Part shown: one piece after another, positions 8,879 through 19,448 of the stretch
Position numbering within the stretch: position 1 is the stretch's first letter
Layout of the letters: the number at the start of each line of letters is the position of its first letter
DNA from: an uncultured Verrucomicrobiae bacterium
Lineage (GTDB): Bacteria > Verrucomicrobiota > Verrucomicrobiia > Chthoniobacterales > JAFAMB01
Reading direction: 5' to 3'
Assembly: GCA_963837955.1 (NCBI GenBank)
Contig: CAWIPH010000002.1
Coordinates: 3,069,175 to 3,133,174, forward strand
DNA: 64,000 bases
Position numbers and translations under genes: made by a program
Notes under the pieces: model-generated
What the model saw: the letters and a program-made list of their open reading frames with translations, nothing else
Told to the model about the DNA's origin: nothing
Databases searched by the model: none

Positions 8879-11428
8879 ATGCAACCTGTTCGGACTTTTA
8901 ACGTATCGCCTCGGTTGCCCGAGGTGCTGGAACCGCTTAATGATCTGGCTCGGAACCTCTGGTGGACCTGGGAGCCCGACGCCCGCAAGCTTTTCCGGGA
9001 CGTGAACCCAACGCTTTGGGACCAGACTAACCACAATCCAATTCGGATGCTGCAACTGTCCAGGCAAGCCCGGCTGGTGGAACTCGCTTCGGACGAGAAC
9101 TATCTCCGCAGCCTCCGTCAGGTATCCGGTCAGTTCCGAGCTTACATGGGTCGAACTGACACCTATGGTAAGCAACGGCCCGGGCCGCAAATCGCCTACT
9201 TTTCGGCGGAATTCGGTTTCCACGAATCGGTGCCGAACTACTCAGGCGGTCTGGGAATTCTTTCCGGTGACCACTGCAAATCGGCCAGCGACCTAGATCT
9301 CAATTTTTCCGCTGTCACGCTGCTCTACCGACACGGGTATTTTAAGCAGCAAATCAACAAAGATGGTTGGCAAGAGGCGGTCAGTCTAAACCAAAACTTC
9401 CACCATTTGCCGATCCGCGACGCGCGCGTTGGGGATCAGACCGTGTTCGTGACGGTAGACATTTTGGGACGGAACGTCACCGCGAAAGTGTGGGAACTCC
9501 AGATCGGGCGCATCAAGCTGTTCTTTTTGGATACGGACATTCCACAGAATTCACCGGAAGACCGCTTAATTACTGAACAGCTTTACGGGGGCGATTTGGA
9601 GATGCGGATCCGGCAGGAAATCGTTCTCGGTATTGGCGGAGTGCGCGCTCTCAATGCGCTCGGCGTCAAGCCGGAAGTCTTCCACATGAACGAAGGACAC
9701 TCGGCCTTTCTCTCGCTGGAACGGATTCGGCAGTATGTGCAGGAAAAGGGAATGAATTACTATCCGGCACTGCAGATGGTAGCAGCGTCGAACATCTTCA
9801 CGACCCATACGCCGGTCCCCGCCGGTAACGACGCTTTTTCCCGCGATCTAATCGGCCGCTATCTGGGCAAATACGCACACGATTTTGGATTGGGCTTCGA
9901 TGAGTTCTTCGCATTGGGACAGCCAATGCTCAATCCGCCACCATTGTTCAGCATGACCATCCTCGCTTTGCGTACGAGCCGGCATGCGAACGGCGTCAGT
10001 AAGCTACACGGCGAAATCAGCAAGAGTTTGTGGCAAGACGTTTGGGCCGGGGTCCCTTTGCCAGAGGTGCCAATTACGAGTGTCACCAACGGAATTCACA
10101 CCAAGACTTGGGCCGCCCCCGAGTTTCATCGGATGTACCAAAAATATTTGGGCGCGGATTGGGAAGACCATCTTACAGACGGAGAATTTTGGCGCCGGGT
10201 GATCGACATTCCGGACGAGGTTCTCTGGCAGACTCACCAACTCCTTAAGCAACGCCTGATCGATTTTATTCGGGAGCGGCTGCGCATCCAACGCGCGCGC
10301 ATTGGCGAGTCTCCTCAACAGCTCCGCGACGTCAACAGTGTGCTCAATCCCGATGTACTTACGGTCGGTTTTGCTCGGCGATTTGCCACCTACAAACGAG
10401 GCACGCTCCTTTTTTCCAACAAAGAGCGTTTGCTCCGCCTAATCCAGAACACCGAACGACCCGTCCAGTTCATCTTCGCCGGCAAAGCGCATCCGAAAGA
10501 CGAGCCGGGCAAAAAGATGATCCAGGAAGTTTACACCGCTTCCCGGGAATCCGGTTTTGAACATTCGATTGTTTTTGTTGAGGATTACGACACGTACATC
10601 GGCCGGCGCTTGTACCAAGGCGTAGACGTCTGGCTTAATAATCCGCTTCGACCTCTCGAGGCCAGCGGCACCAGCGGAATGAAGCTTCCGCCAAACGGCG
10701 GCCTGAATTTTAGCGTTCTCGATGGTTGGTGGTGTGAAGGTTATAACGGCAAGAACGGCTGGCCGATTGGACCGGAGATAACGGGCGGCAGCGTCGAATT
10801 TCAAAGCGAGGTCGATTCGGACAGCCTGTATAACATTTTGGAAAACCAGATCATTCCCCTGTACTACGCGAAACCGGATGGTCGTTTGCCGATCGCCTGG
10901 TTGCAGCTGATGCGGGAATCTATTCGGAGCGTAACACCGGTATTTAATACGCACCGAATGGTGAAAGAATACAATGAACGGCTCTATGAGACTGCCGCGA
11001 AAGGGCTGCAGGCGCTTAGCGCAAATGGTTGCAGAGCCGCGATTGAGCTAGCCGATTGGAAACAAAAGACTCGCGCCGACTGGGGTCAGATTCGCATCGA
11101 GCAGGTGAATGCTTCCCCCTCTGACACCAGCGATCTATTCGTCGGAGACGTCTTGCAGGTGGAAGCGAAAGTGTTCCTGGGGCCAGTTGATCCGTCTCAT
11201 GTGCGCGTACAAGCCTACCTCGGGCACAGCGATGATGGGGCCCTCAGCGAACCGTTTACGATTGATCTCCAAGAGATAGAAAAAGGAACGGCGCCTGGGC
11301 AATTCACGTTTAAGGGAACGATCAAAGCGACCGAGAGCGGGAGCTATGGCTTCAACGTCCGCGTCATCCCGACCCATCCTTATCTGAGTCAGGACCATGA
11401 GCTGCGGTTGATTACCTGGGCGAAATGA
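8879..11428 (+). CDS. glgP: alpha-glucan (glycogen/maltodextrin) phosphorylase
   Basis: YSGGLGIL, HMNEGH, ARRFATYKR and EASGTSGMK PLP motif; AGGAG RBS at 8866-8870. Confidence 0.95.
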   Translation: MQPVRTFNVSPRLPEVLEPLNDLARNLWWTWEPDARKLFRDVNPTLWDQTNHNPIRMLQLSRQARLVELASDENYLRSLRQVSGQFRAYMGRTDTYGKQRPGPQIAYFSAEFGFHESVPNYSGGLGILSGDHCKSASDLDLNFSAVTLLYRHGYFKQQINKDGWQEAVSLNQNFHHLPIRDARVGDQTVFVTVDILGRNVTAKVWELQIGRIKLFFLDTDIPQNSPEDRLITEQLYGGDLEMRIRQEIVLGIGGVRALNALGVKPEVFHMNEGHSAFLSLERIRQYVQEKGMNYYPALQMVAASNIFTTHTPVPAGNDAFSRDLIGRYLGKYAHDFGLGFDEFFALGQPMLNPPPLFSMTILALRTSRHANGVSKLHGEISKSLWQDVWAGVPLPEVPITSVTNGIHTKTWAAPEFHRMYQKYLGADWEDHLTDGEFWRRVIDIPDEVLWQTHQLLKQRLIDFIRERLRIQRARIGESPQQLRDVNSVLNPDVLTVGFARRFATYKRGTLLFSNKERLLRLIQNTERPVQFIFAGKAHPKDEPGKKMIQEVYTASRESGFEHSIVFVEDYDTYIGRRLYQGVDVWLNNPLRPLEASGTSGMKLPPNGGLNFSVLDGWWCEGYNGKNGWPIGPEITGGSVEFQSEVDSDSLYNILENQIIPLYYAKPDGRLPIAWLQLMRESIRSVTPVFNTHRMVKEYNERLYETAAKGLQALSANGCRAAIELADWKQKTRADWGQIRIEQVNASPSDTSDLFVGDVLQVEAKVFLGPVDPSHVRVQAYLGHSDDGALSEPFTIDLQEIEKGTAPGQFTFKGTIKATESGSYGFNVRVIPTHPYLSQDHELRLITWAK

Positions 11429-11463
11429 GGGTGAGAGGTGATTGGTGAGAAGTGAGAGGTGGC

Positions 11464-11673
11464 ATGAGTGCGGCAAAATCATTCCGCGATTTGAGAGTTT
11501 ACGAACTTGCCAGGGCCTCGGCCGGTGAGATTTTCGAAGCGACTAAGAGTTTTCCCCTGGATGAGCGATATTCGCTGACCGACCAAATCCGCCGCTCATC
11601 GCGTGCAACTAAGGCGATGATTTCTGAGGCGTGGGCTCGGCGACGCTATAAAGCGGTTTTTGTCAGCTCATGA
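11464..11673 (+). pseudogene. truncated four-helix-bundle (23S rRNA IVP/bAvd-like) protein
   Basis: SFRDLRVY and FPLDERYSLTDQIRRSS..EAWARRRY motifs; stops after 69 aa, about half the usual family length; flanked by inverted 7-mer arrays. Confidence 0.75.
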
Positions 11674-11765
11674 AATACCATTCACCTCTCACCAATCACT
11701 TCTCACCAATCAGTTTGGTTCGCGCCCGCCGTTCCGTTTCCTTCTCCTAGATTCTGGACCCCGCC

Positions 11766-12701
11766 ATGAAGCTCGCCTTCTCGACCTGCTGGAACTCTGC
11801 TCGGCATCGGCGAGGCGACGAAATGCTGCAGGAAATCGTCGATCTAGGCTTTAACGCAGTCGAGTTGAGTCACGGGATTCGTCTCCCCTTGGTCGAAGGT
11901 ATACGGCGCTTCGTTGCCAATGGCGCTGTCGAAGTCACCAGCCTGCACAACTTTTGTCCATTACCAATTGATGTCAGCCAGGCCGCACCAGATTGCTTCC
12001 AATGCACCTCACATCGCTCCAATGAGCGTGAGCGAGCTCTGCGACATACGCTCCAAACGATCGATTTGGCGGCTGCACTCGGCGTGAAACGTGTGGTCTT
12101 GCATCTCGGATCGGTACCGATGTCGAAAGCATCGAAGCGGTTACTTGATTATCTTCGGACCGGGAAGACATCAGATCGAAAGTTTGTGAATTGGAAAGAG
12201 CGAGCCGTCCGAAAACGGGTCAAGCTCGACTACTATTCACGCGTTAGGCACTGGCTGGCCGAGATTGCGGAACACGCAAAACAAGCTGGCATCCTGCTCG
12301 GCGTGGAGAACCGCATTGGGATTGAGACTTTTCCATCGGAAAAAGAATTTAGACAATTGTTCAAGGATTTTGGGGCCGACGTGGTCGGTTACTGGCACGA
12401 TTTTGGACACGCTCAGGTTCGTCAGTATCTTACACTCTTGGACCACCAAGAATGGCTGACCGAAATGCTCCCGCGCTTAATCGGGTGTCACGTACACGAT
12501 GTAATATTCCCGGATCACGATCACCAGGTTCCGTTCACCGGTGAGCTAGCAATGGAAAACTTGATTCCGCTTGTCCCCGCCTCTGTACCTTTGGTTTGGG
12601 AGCTTAGTGCGAGCGTAACGCCTGCAGAAATAGGCGTCGCTCTGCAGCGTTGGAACGCAGTATTCAAAAACGATGACGAATCTCTCGTCGATTCAGGGTG
12701 A
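11766..12701 (+). CDS. sugar phosphate isomerase/epimerase (xylose isomerase-like TIM barrel)
   Basis: SLHNFCP, GVEN, YWHDFGHA and HVHD metal ligands. Confidence 0.8.
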   Translation: MKLAFSTCWNSARHRRGDEMLQEIVDLGFNAVELSHGIRLPLVEGIRRFVANGAVEVTSLHNFCPLPIDVSQAAPDCFQCTSHRSNERERALRHTLQTIDLAAALGVKRVVLHLGSVPMSKASKRLLDYLRTGKTSDRKFVNWKERAVRKRVKLDYYSRVRHWLAEIAEHAKQAGILLGVENRIGIETFPSEKEFRQLFKDFGADVVGYWHDFGHAQVRQYLTLLDHQEWLTEMLPRLIGCHVHDVIFPDHDHQVPFTGELAMENLIPLVPASVPLVWELSASVTPAEIGVALQRWNAVFKNDDESLVDSG

Positions 12702-13392
12702 TGCTCAGTCGCGTCCGCGACCTCTAGTTATCCTGCATTTCGCTGTCACCGCGGATGGTAAAGTAGCCACCGTCAACCACACACCTGCTCAATTTACCTC
12801 TGCTCGCGATAAGCGGCGATTGTTGGAGATCAGGGCACTCGGTGACGCCGTGCTGGTGGGTCGCGGCACGCTGGAGAAAGACAAGATGTCGATGGATTTG
12901 CCCGATCAACAATTACGAGAACGCCGCCTCAGAGAAGGCAAATCCGAGTACCCGCTCCGCGTTATTCTTTCCCAATCCGGGAATATCTCGGCATCGCTTG
13001 CGGTCTTTCAGAAGGGAAACGCCCCGATCGTGATCTACTCGACAAAAACAATGCCGGAGTCCCAACGACGCTTGCTCAGCGAGCTTGCGACGCTCCATTT
13101 CTCAGAAAGTGACGAGCTCGATATTTTCTGGATACTGTGCCACCTGTATGAGAATTACCACGCGCGATCTTTGGTTTGCGAGGGCGGACCGACCCTCGTA
13201 AAAGCTTTGGCCAACGCCGACGTAATTGACGAAATATATTTGACGATAGCCGCAAAGATTTTCGGCGGATCGGTTGCACCTGGCTTAACCGGGCCGCCGG
13301 GCCAATTTCTTCCGGCCAGCCGTCAGTTTCAATTGATCGATATCGATCGCGGAGACAATGAATGTTATCTCCGGTACCGACGAATCCTCTAA
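12673..13392 (+). CDS. RibD C-terminal-like reductase
   Basis: AVTADGK, DAVLVGRGT, CEGGPTL and DEIYLTI motifs. Confidence 0.85.
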   Translation: MTNLSSIQGDAQSRPRPLVILHFAVTADGKVATVNHTPAQFTSARDKRRLLEIRALGDAVLVGRGTLEKDKMSMDLPDQQLRERRLREGKSEYPLRVILSQSGNISASLAVFQKGNAPIVIYSTKTMPESQRRLLSELATLHFSESDELDIFWILCHLYENYHARSLVCEGGPTLVKALANADVIDEIYLTIAAKIFGGSVAPGLTGPPGQFLPASRQFQLIDIDRGDNECYLRYRRIL

Positions 13393-13396
13393 CTGC

Positions 13397-13834
13397 ATGC
13401 ATCAAATCAACTCGATCGTTATGCGCGCACCGAAAGAGCGCATCTTTGAAACCGCAGCCGATCTCGAGAAGTGGCCGACGTTTCTACCCCATTACCGATT
13501 TATTCACTATTACGAGCGAGGTGCGGAACGGAATGTGGTGAGGATGGCGGCACGCCGCGACTTCATCCCCATCTCATGGGTATCAGAAGAAATTATCGAT
13601 CGAAGCAAGCTGGAAGTACGCTTTAAGCACCTGAAGGCCTGGACCAAAGGCATGGAAGTCGTCTGGACCTTCGCAGAAACCGAGGAAGGCGTCCGCGTGT
13701 CCATCATCCATGACCTTCGCTTCCGGTACCCGAACCTGGCGCCTCTGGCCGAGCCGATAATTGGCAATTTCTTTATCGGCCACATCGCCAACCAAACACT
13801 CAAGCACATGAAAGCCCATTTGGAGCGCGCATGA
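13397..13834 (+). CDS. SRPBCC/START-family polyketide cyclase-like protein
   Basis: DLEKWPTFLPH and GMEVVWTF pattern; overlaps the start of the KAS gene. Confidence 0.78.
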   Translation: MHQINSIVMRAPKERIFETAADLEKWPTFLPHYRFIHYYERGAERNVVRMAARRDFIPISWVSEEIIDRSKLEVRFKHLKAWTKGMEVVWTFAETEEGVRVSIIHDLRFRYPNLAPLAEPIIGNFFIGHIANQTLKHMKAHLERA

Positions 13835-15060
13835 GACGGGTCGTCATTACCGGATTAGGACCCATCACAGCAATTGGCGTCGGGAAAAAAGCTTTTTGGG
13901 AAGGACTAAACAGCGGCAAATCTGGCATTGGACCGGTTACTCGATTTGATCCCAGCCTGTTCAACGCTCGTAGTGCAGCCGAAATCAGTGACTGGGAACC
14001 TGAAAAATTCTTCCCATCTCAGCGTCTAAAACGTTTGGATCGCTACGCTCAATTCGCTGTCGGTTCGGCAAAACTTGCTCTGGAAGATAGCGGCCTTTCC
14101 TTTTCTCCGGAAAATCCCCAGTCGCGGGTTGGGGTCAGCTTTGGTACTGCTTTGGGAGGCGTTTCCAACGCGGAAAAGCAGCATGTCTCCTTCGTTCACG
14201 GTGGCCCAAAATCGGTCCATCAAACTATTGCGCTACAGGTTTTCGGCGGCTCCGCTCATTGCAATATCGCGATTGAATTCGGGCTACGCGGCGTCGGCAC
14301 TACAAACTCAAACAGTTGTGCGAGTGGCAATGTCGCAATCGGTGAAGGCTACCGGTACATTCGCGATGGCTGGGTAGATGTGGTTGTCGCTGGCGGTGCG
14401 GAAGCGCCTTTGAGCCCTCTTTCATTCGGAGCGTTCGCCTTTATTCGAACCATGAGCCGATCCGATCCAGCAGTCGCGTGCCGGCCCTTCGATCGAAATC
14501 GGGATGGATTCGTCATGGGGGAAGGTGCGGCCAGCCTGATCCTCGAGGAGTTTGAACATGCTAAAGCCCGCGGTGCTCACATTTATGGGGAAGTCGTAGG
14601 CTACAGCCTCAACAACGACGCCTTCCACATGACCGCGCCTTTACCATCCGGTGACTCCTGTATCCGGGCTATGACAGACGCGTTGAACTCCGCGCAGATT
14701 AATCCGGAGCAAATCGATTATATCAGCGGGCATGCCAGTTCCACCCAACTCAATGACGCGAATGAATGCACCTGTGTGAAAAAGGTATTTGGGAACGGAG
14801 CAACGAAAGTTCCGGTGAGCGGCACGAAAGCCTTCTACGGTCATCCGCTTGGAGCCAGTGCGGCGATTGAAGCCATCGTCTGCCTACTGGCGATGCAAAA
14901 CGATTTCCTCCCCCCTACGCTGAACTACGAGACACCGGATCCAGCCTGCGATCTGGATGTCGTACCCAACCAACCCAGGGAAAAGCAGATTACCTATGCC
15001 TTGAGTAACGCCTTTGGATTTGGCGGTATCAACTCATGTGTGGTGTTTCGTAAGATTTGA
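13831..15060 (+). CDS. beta-ketoacyl-ACP synthase II family
   Basis: RRVVITGLG, NSCASG (Cys), GHASST, YGHPLGA and NAFGFGG. Confidence 0.9.
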   Translation: MRRVVITGLGPITAIGVGKKAFWEGLNSGKSGIGPVTRFDPSLFNARSAAEISDWEPEKFFPSQRLKRLDRYAQFAVGSAKLALEDSGLSFSPENPQSRVGVSFGTALGGVSNAEKQHVSFVHGGPKSVHQTIALQVFGGSAHCNIAIEFGLRGVGTTNSNSCASGNVAIGEGYRYIRDGWVDVVVAGGAEAPLSPLSFGAFAFIRTMSRSDPAVACRPFDRNRDGFVMGEGAASLILEEFEHAKARGAHIYGEVVGYSLNNDAFHMTAPLPSGDSCIRAMTDALNSAQINPEQIDYISGHASSTQLNDANECTCVKKVFGNGATKVPVSGTKAFYGHPLGASAAIEAIVCLLAMQNDFLPPTLNYETPDPACDLDVVPNQPREKQITYALSNAFGFGGINSCVVFRKI

Positions 15061-15203
15061 TCGCAATGGCCGCCCGGCAAAGCGGGATCGCGGCAGTGAC
15101 GAGATCAGATACGCCTCTCGACCGGTTTTCCGGTCGCGCGGAGTTAGAAACTTGTAGGACAGCCTTTCTCCAACTCCTGACGCCCACCCCTCAAGTGAAT
15201 TAA

Positions 15204-17000
15204 CTAAAATTCGCCCTCTGCAAGCACAGCCTCGCTCTCGCCCCCATGAATCACGGTATGGGCTAAACCTGCCGCAGCGGCTAATACGTGATCTCCAAAG
15301 AACTGCGCAGTGGCAATCTTAGCTGTGTAGAAAGCGCGATCTCCCCTTCCCTCCGCCAATCGATTTTTCGCCACCAGCGCTGCCCGGGCAAGTTGCCAAC
15401 CACCGGCGACGATCCCGAAGAGTTTCAGGAAAGGCACCGCACCAGCCATTACCTGTCTTGGACGGGCAGCATAACTAGTGAGGATGTACTCCGCGGCACT
15501 TGATAGTGCATCCACACCCCGAGCCAGTTCGCTGCGGATACTCGCCAGAGATGGGTCGGAAGCTTCTGTCTCCAACTCGGCGCCAAATCGCCGCATTTCG
15601 GCCAGGAGAGCGTGAATCGCCATACCTTGGTCTCGCACGATCTTCCGCCCGATTAGGTCGTTTGCCTGAATCCCGGTTGTTCCTTCATAGATCGTCGTGA
15701 TTCTAGCATCGCGCCAATGCTGAGCAGCGCCGGTCTCTTCGATATATCCCATGCCTCCATGAACCTGTATTCCCAGGGATGCAATCTCGATACCGGTTTC
15801 CGTGCTCCACCCCTTTACCACCGGAGTCAGCAGATCGACGAAAGCTCGGCTGCGCTGGCGGTACGATTCGTCGGGATGGCGGATGGCCAGATCGCGTGCA
15901 CCGGCAACCACATACGCAAGGGCCCGAGTCGCCTCGGTCTGCGATTTCATAAGCAACAACATGCGGCGCACATCAGGATGTCGGATGATGGGTACTGGGT
16001 CACCCCCTCCAGATAGATCGCGCCCTTGCATACGCGTTTTGGCGTAAGCTAAGGCTTGCTGGTAGGCGCGCTCGCCAATGGCGACTCCCTCCAAACCAAC
16101 GGACAAGCGGGCCACGTTCATCATGATGAACATGTATTCCAGTCCCCGATTCTCTTCTCCTATCAGATAACCGACAGCGCCTCCCTCATCGCCATACGAC
16201 ATCACGCAAGTCGGACTTCCGTGTATGCCCAACTTATGTTCAACCGAAAGACAGACTGCATCGTTTCGTTGCCCCAGACTGCCATCGGCGTTGACCAGAA
16301 ATTTGGGCACGATGAACAGCGAAATCCCTTTGACTCCGGGTGGAGCATCGGGCGTGCGCGCCAGCACCAGGTGAATGATATTTTCCGACAAATCATGCTC
16401 GCCGTACGTGATAAAAATCTTCTGGCCGAAAATCCGGTAAGTACCGTCGGGCTGCCGAACGGCTCGGGTTCTCACTGCGGCAAGGTCTGAGCCGGCCTGA
16501 GGTTCAGTGAGATTCATCGTGCCGGTCCAACGACCTTCTACCATCTTAGGCAAATAATGTCGCTTCTGTTCTTCGCTACCGCGCAGCAACAAAGCCTCGA
16601 TCGCTCCTTGAGTAAGCTGGAAGCAGGCAGAAAACGCCAGGTTAGCCGATTTCCACATTTCCTGCACGGCTGCACCAACCAAGCTGGGAACCGCCTGACC
16701 GCCATACTCCGGATCTAATCCTAAGCGGTTCCAACCAGTTTCGATGTAGTTCCGATAAGCCTCCCGAAACCCAGGTGCCGTGATCACGTTGCGATCCTTC
16801 CAAATCACACCCTTCTGATCTCCTACCTGATTAAGCGGCGCTAGAACTTCACTGGCAAAATGGCTTGCTTCCTGCAGGATCGCGCTGACTACTTCCGCGT
16901 CATTATCCTGCCAACCTGGCAGGGCAATCAACTGTTCGAGTCCCGCAAGTTCGCAGATAACGAACTGCATGTCCTTGAGTGGTGCTTCGTAAGTACTCAT
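15204..17000 (-). CDS. acyl-CoA dehydrogenase (long form)
   Basis: GTMNLTEPQAGSD, GQKIFIT, QVHGGMGY and IYEGTTGIQ. Confidence 0.92.
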   Translation of the reverse strand: MSTYEAPLKDMQFVICELAGLEQLIALPGWQDNDAEVVSAILQEASHFASEVLAPLNQVGDQKGVIWKDRNVITAPGFREAYRNYIETGWNRLGLDPEYGGQAVPSLVGAAVQEMWKSANLAFSACFQLTQGAIEALLLRGSEEQKRHYLPKMVEGRWTGTMNLTEPQAGSDLAAVRTRAVRQPDGTYRIFGQKIFITYGEHDLSENIIHLVLARTPDAPPGVKGISLFIVPKFLVNADGSLGQRNDAVCLSVEHKLGIHGSPTCVMSYGDEGGAVGYLIGEENRGLEYMFIMMNVARLSVGLEGVAIGERAYQQALAYAKTRMQGRDLSGGGDPVPIIRHPDVRRMLLLMKSQTEATRALAYVVAGARDLAIRHPDESYRQRSRAFVDLLTPVVKGWSTETGIEIASLGIQVHGGMGYIEETGAAQHWRDARITTIYEGTTGIQANDLIGRKIVRDQGMAIHALLAEMRRFGAELETEASDPSLASIRSELARGVDALSSAAEYILTSYAARPRQVMAGAVPFLKLFGIVAGGWQLARAALVAKNRLAEGRGDRAFYTAKIATAQFFGDHVLAAAAGLAHTVIHGGESEAVLAEGEF

Positions 17001-17036
17001 AGGCTTGATTCAGGTTACGTGATTTGTTGGTAAAAT

Positions 17037-17222
17037 CGTCCTGGTGCTCGTGGTCGTCCTCGTTTCTCGAAACTGCTTGTTCCTGACGCGCCCTAGGCAC
17101 CGCTCAGGGTCGAAGCGTTCGACCAAAGCCAGAGACGAGTTTAACAGGGTTTAAGCTACGTTTCGATAGCTCTTTTTGCATCAAGGTCGCGTCTCGAGCA
17201 CGACGACGACCAAGAGGACGAG
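17037..17222. repeat. palindromic intergenic repeat, family C (CTCGTCGTCCTCG/CGAGCACGACGACGA)
   Basis: Inverted CTCGT/ACGAG-rich arms; similar element at 57935-58165. Confidence 0.65.
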
Positions 17223-17270
17223 TGGGCTTTCCAGCGTTGCCGGTTTGATATTGGATCACCCGAAGGGCAG

Positions 17271-19373
17271 TCAAGACAGTCCTAGTTTCGCCTTGGCCCG
17301 TCGTAAATTTTCTGCGACCAATTCGGCGATGTCAAGAACCTGGGGCGCGCCGGGTTGACCTGCGCTTTCGCTGCTGGAGAGCATCGATTTGCAAAATGGA
17401 CAACCGACAGCAACAATTTGGGCGCCGGTTTTTTCGGCTTCTCGAAAGCGGTTTTCCGCAACCCTCATCGTCCCTGGTTCTTCTTCTTTCCAGAACTGGG
17501 CCCCTCCCGCACCACAACAAAAACTATTGTTCCGGCTTCGAGGCATCTCGGTCAATCGATTCGAATCGCCACCGGAAAGAACATTGCGAGGAGCATCGTA
17601 AATGCCGTTGTGACGTCCAAGGTAACAGGGATCATGATAAGTGGTCTTTTCGCCGAGAATCATCTCTGGCAGCCTTCCTTCCCTAATCAATTCTTCGATC
17701 AATTGGCTATGATGCATGACGCGGTAATTTCCGCCCAGCTGAGGGTAGTCGTTGGCTAAGGCGTTAAAGCAATGGGGACAGGTCGTTACCACCCGTTTGG
17801 CGTTACGCTCATTCAGACTCCGCCCATCGTTAGGCCCGAGTGCGGCGTTCAGCGTCTCTACATTTTCGGTCGCCAGGTTGAAGTATAGATACTCATTCCC
17901 TGCCCGCCGAGCCGGATCGCCGGTGCACTTCTCCTTCTTGCCGAGAATGGCGAAACTCACTTTTGCGTGGGTCAGGATCTCGGCTAAAGAACGTGCCACT
18001 TTCTGCGCAGAGGGATCATAAGCACCTGCGCATCCCACCCAGTACAGGACCTCAAAATCGGGATTATCGGCCACGGTAGGCACTTTCAATTCGCGTCCTG
18101 GCCAATCCGACCGAGCGTCCTCGGCTACACCCCAGGGATTTCCGGAACGCTCCATGTTACGGAACGCGCCATTGAGCTCTTGGGGAAACCGGCCATTGGT
18201 CATCACCGCATCTCGTCTTAGATCCACAATATCGGTCAATTGTTCGCAGCCAACGGGACACGCCTCCACACAAGCCCCACAAGCCGTACAGGCCCAAAGC
18301 GCGCTTTCACTGAGCGCAAATTCCATCACCGGCCTGGGACTTGGATCACCCGCCGCAAGGCCGGCCCGGACCGCGTTGAGTTCGTATCGTTTATTGATCT
18401 CGATCGCCGACGGAGCCAGAGCCTTACCTGTGACGTGAGCCGGGCATACGTTTGTACAGCGGTTACATTGAATACACGCGTAAGGATCGAATAACTGGGT
18501 GAAGCGAAACTGTTCCAGCTTTGCTACCCCAAATTGTTCAAGCGTTTCATCCTCGAAATTGAGCGGATCAAGGGCTCCACTCCCCACCTTCTTACCGGCG
18601 GCATCGCGCCGCCCTAACCCCAGACGGATAGGCGCTGCAAAAATATGGATATGCTTCGAACGCACAAAGTAAGGGAGAAAAGCGAGAATCAACCCAAGCG
18701 ACGTCCACCATCCGATGTGCCATCCGATCATCCGATTCGCACCGAATCCTAAAGAGTGCGCGATCGCACTTGCTACCGGCTGCCACTGATCGACGTGACC
18801 TTCAGCGGCTAATAAGGATCCGGCTCCAAAAAGACGAAATCCAACGTGCAAAAATATAAACGTCGCGACAATCAAACTGTCCCATCGAACGCCCCCACCT
18901 TGGACGGCTGGATGAAGGAGGACCGAATCGTTGAATCTTTCCAGTTTGGTGTCTTTCCGGATAAAACGGCGCCAAACAAAGAAGATCACCCCAACCAGAA
19001 CTAAAAATCCAAAGATATCTGCGCCCAGGCGAAACAAATCTCCAACCAGCGAGTTACCCAGCCAAACCAGCCAGTTGGTCGGAAGAAAGCCTTCTGCTAG
19101 ATCGACTAGGTTAACTAGCACGTAAAAGCTGAATCCGTAGAATATGAAACTGTGAAAGAATCCTACGATCGGACGATTTCGAAAGACGGTGACCTGGGTG
19201 ATAGTCCGAAACAGCGCCTCCCGAATTCGCTCCAGGACTCGATTCGTTCTCGAATAGTATTCCGGCTGCCCTCGGTGAATGACAGAAATAATCTGTCTGA
19301 AGCCAAGATAAGTATAATAGATCGAGAGCGCTGCTAACAGTACGAACAGTATCTTTTCCGGAACAGTCAGCAT
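17271..19373 (-). CDS. membrane-bound Fe-S oxidoreductase (FadF/HdrD-like, CCG domains), probable ETF:quinone oxidoreductase
   Basis: N-terminal TM helices; CIQCNRCTNVCP and CTACGACVEACP; YHDPCYLGRHN and CCGAGG; next to etfAB. Confidence 0.88.
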   Translation of the reverse strand: MLTVPEKILFVLLAALSIYYTYLGFRQIISVIHRGQPEYYSRTNRVLERIREALFRTITQVTVFRNRPIVGFFHSFIFYGFSFYVLVNLVDLAEGFLPTNWLVWLGNSLVGDLFRLGADIFGFLVLVGVIFFVWRRFIRKDTKLERFNDSVLLHPAVQGGGVRWDSLIVATFIFLHVGFRLFGAGSLLAAEGHVDQWQPVASAIAHSLGFGANRMIGWHIGWWTSLGLILAFLPYFVRSKHIHIFAAPIRLGLGRRDAAGKKVGSGALDPLNFEDETLEQFGVAKLEQFRFTQLFDPYACIQCNRCTNVCPAHVTGKALAPSAIEINKRYELNAVRAGLAAGDPSPRPVMEFALSESALWACTACGACVEACPVGCEQLTDIVDLRRDAVMTNGRFPQELNGAFRNMERSGNPWGVAEDARSDWPGRELKVPTVADNPDFEVLYWVGCAGAYDPSAQKVARSLAEILTHAKVSFAILGKKEKCTGDPARRAGNEYLYFNLATENVETLNAALGPNDGRSLNERNAKRVVTTCPHCFNALANDYPQLGGNYRVMHHSQLIEELIREGRLPEMILGEKTTYHDPCYLGRHNGIYDAPRNVLSGGDSNRLTEMPRSRNNSFCCGAGGAQFWKEEEPGTMRVAENRFREAEKTGAQIVAVGCPFCKSMLSSSESAGQPGAPQVLDIAELVAENLRRAKAKLGLS

Positions 19374-19448
19374 AGGGGGAAACAAATCAAAGGAGTGTTG
19401 GAACTGGGAAGCACTCCATTACTCCATCACTCCATCACATCATTCCTC

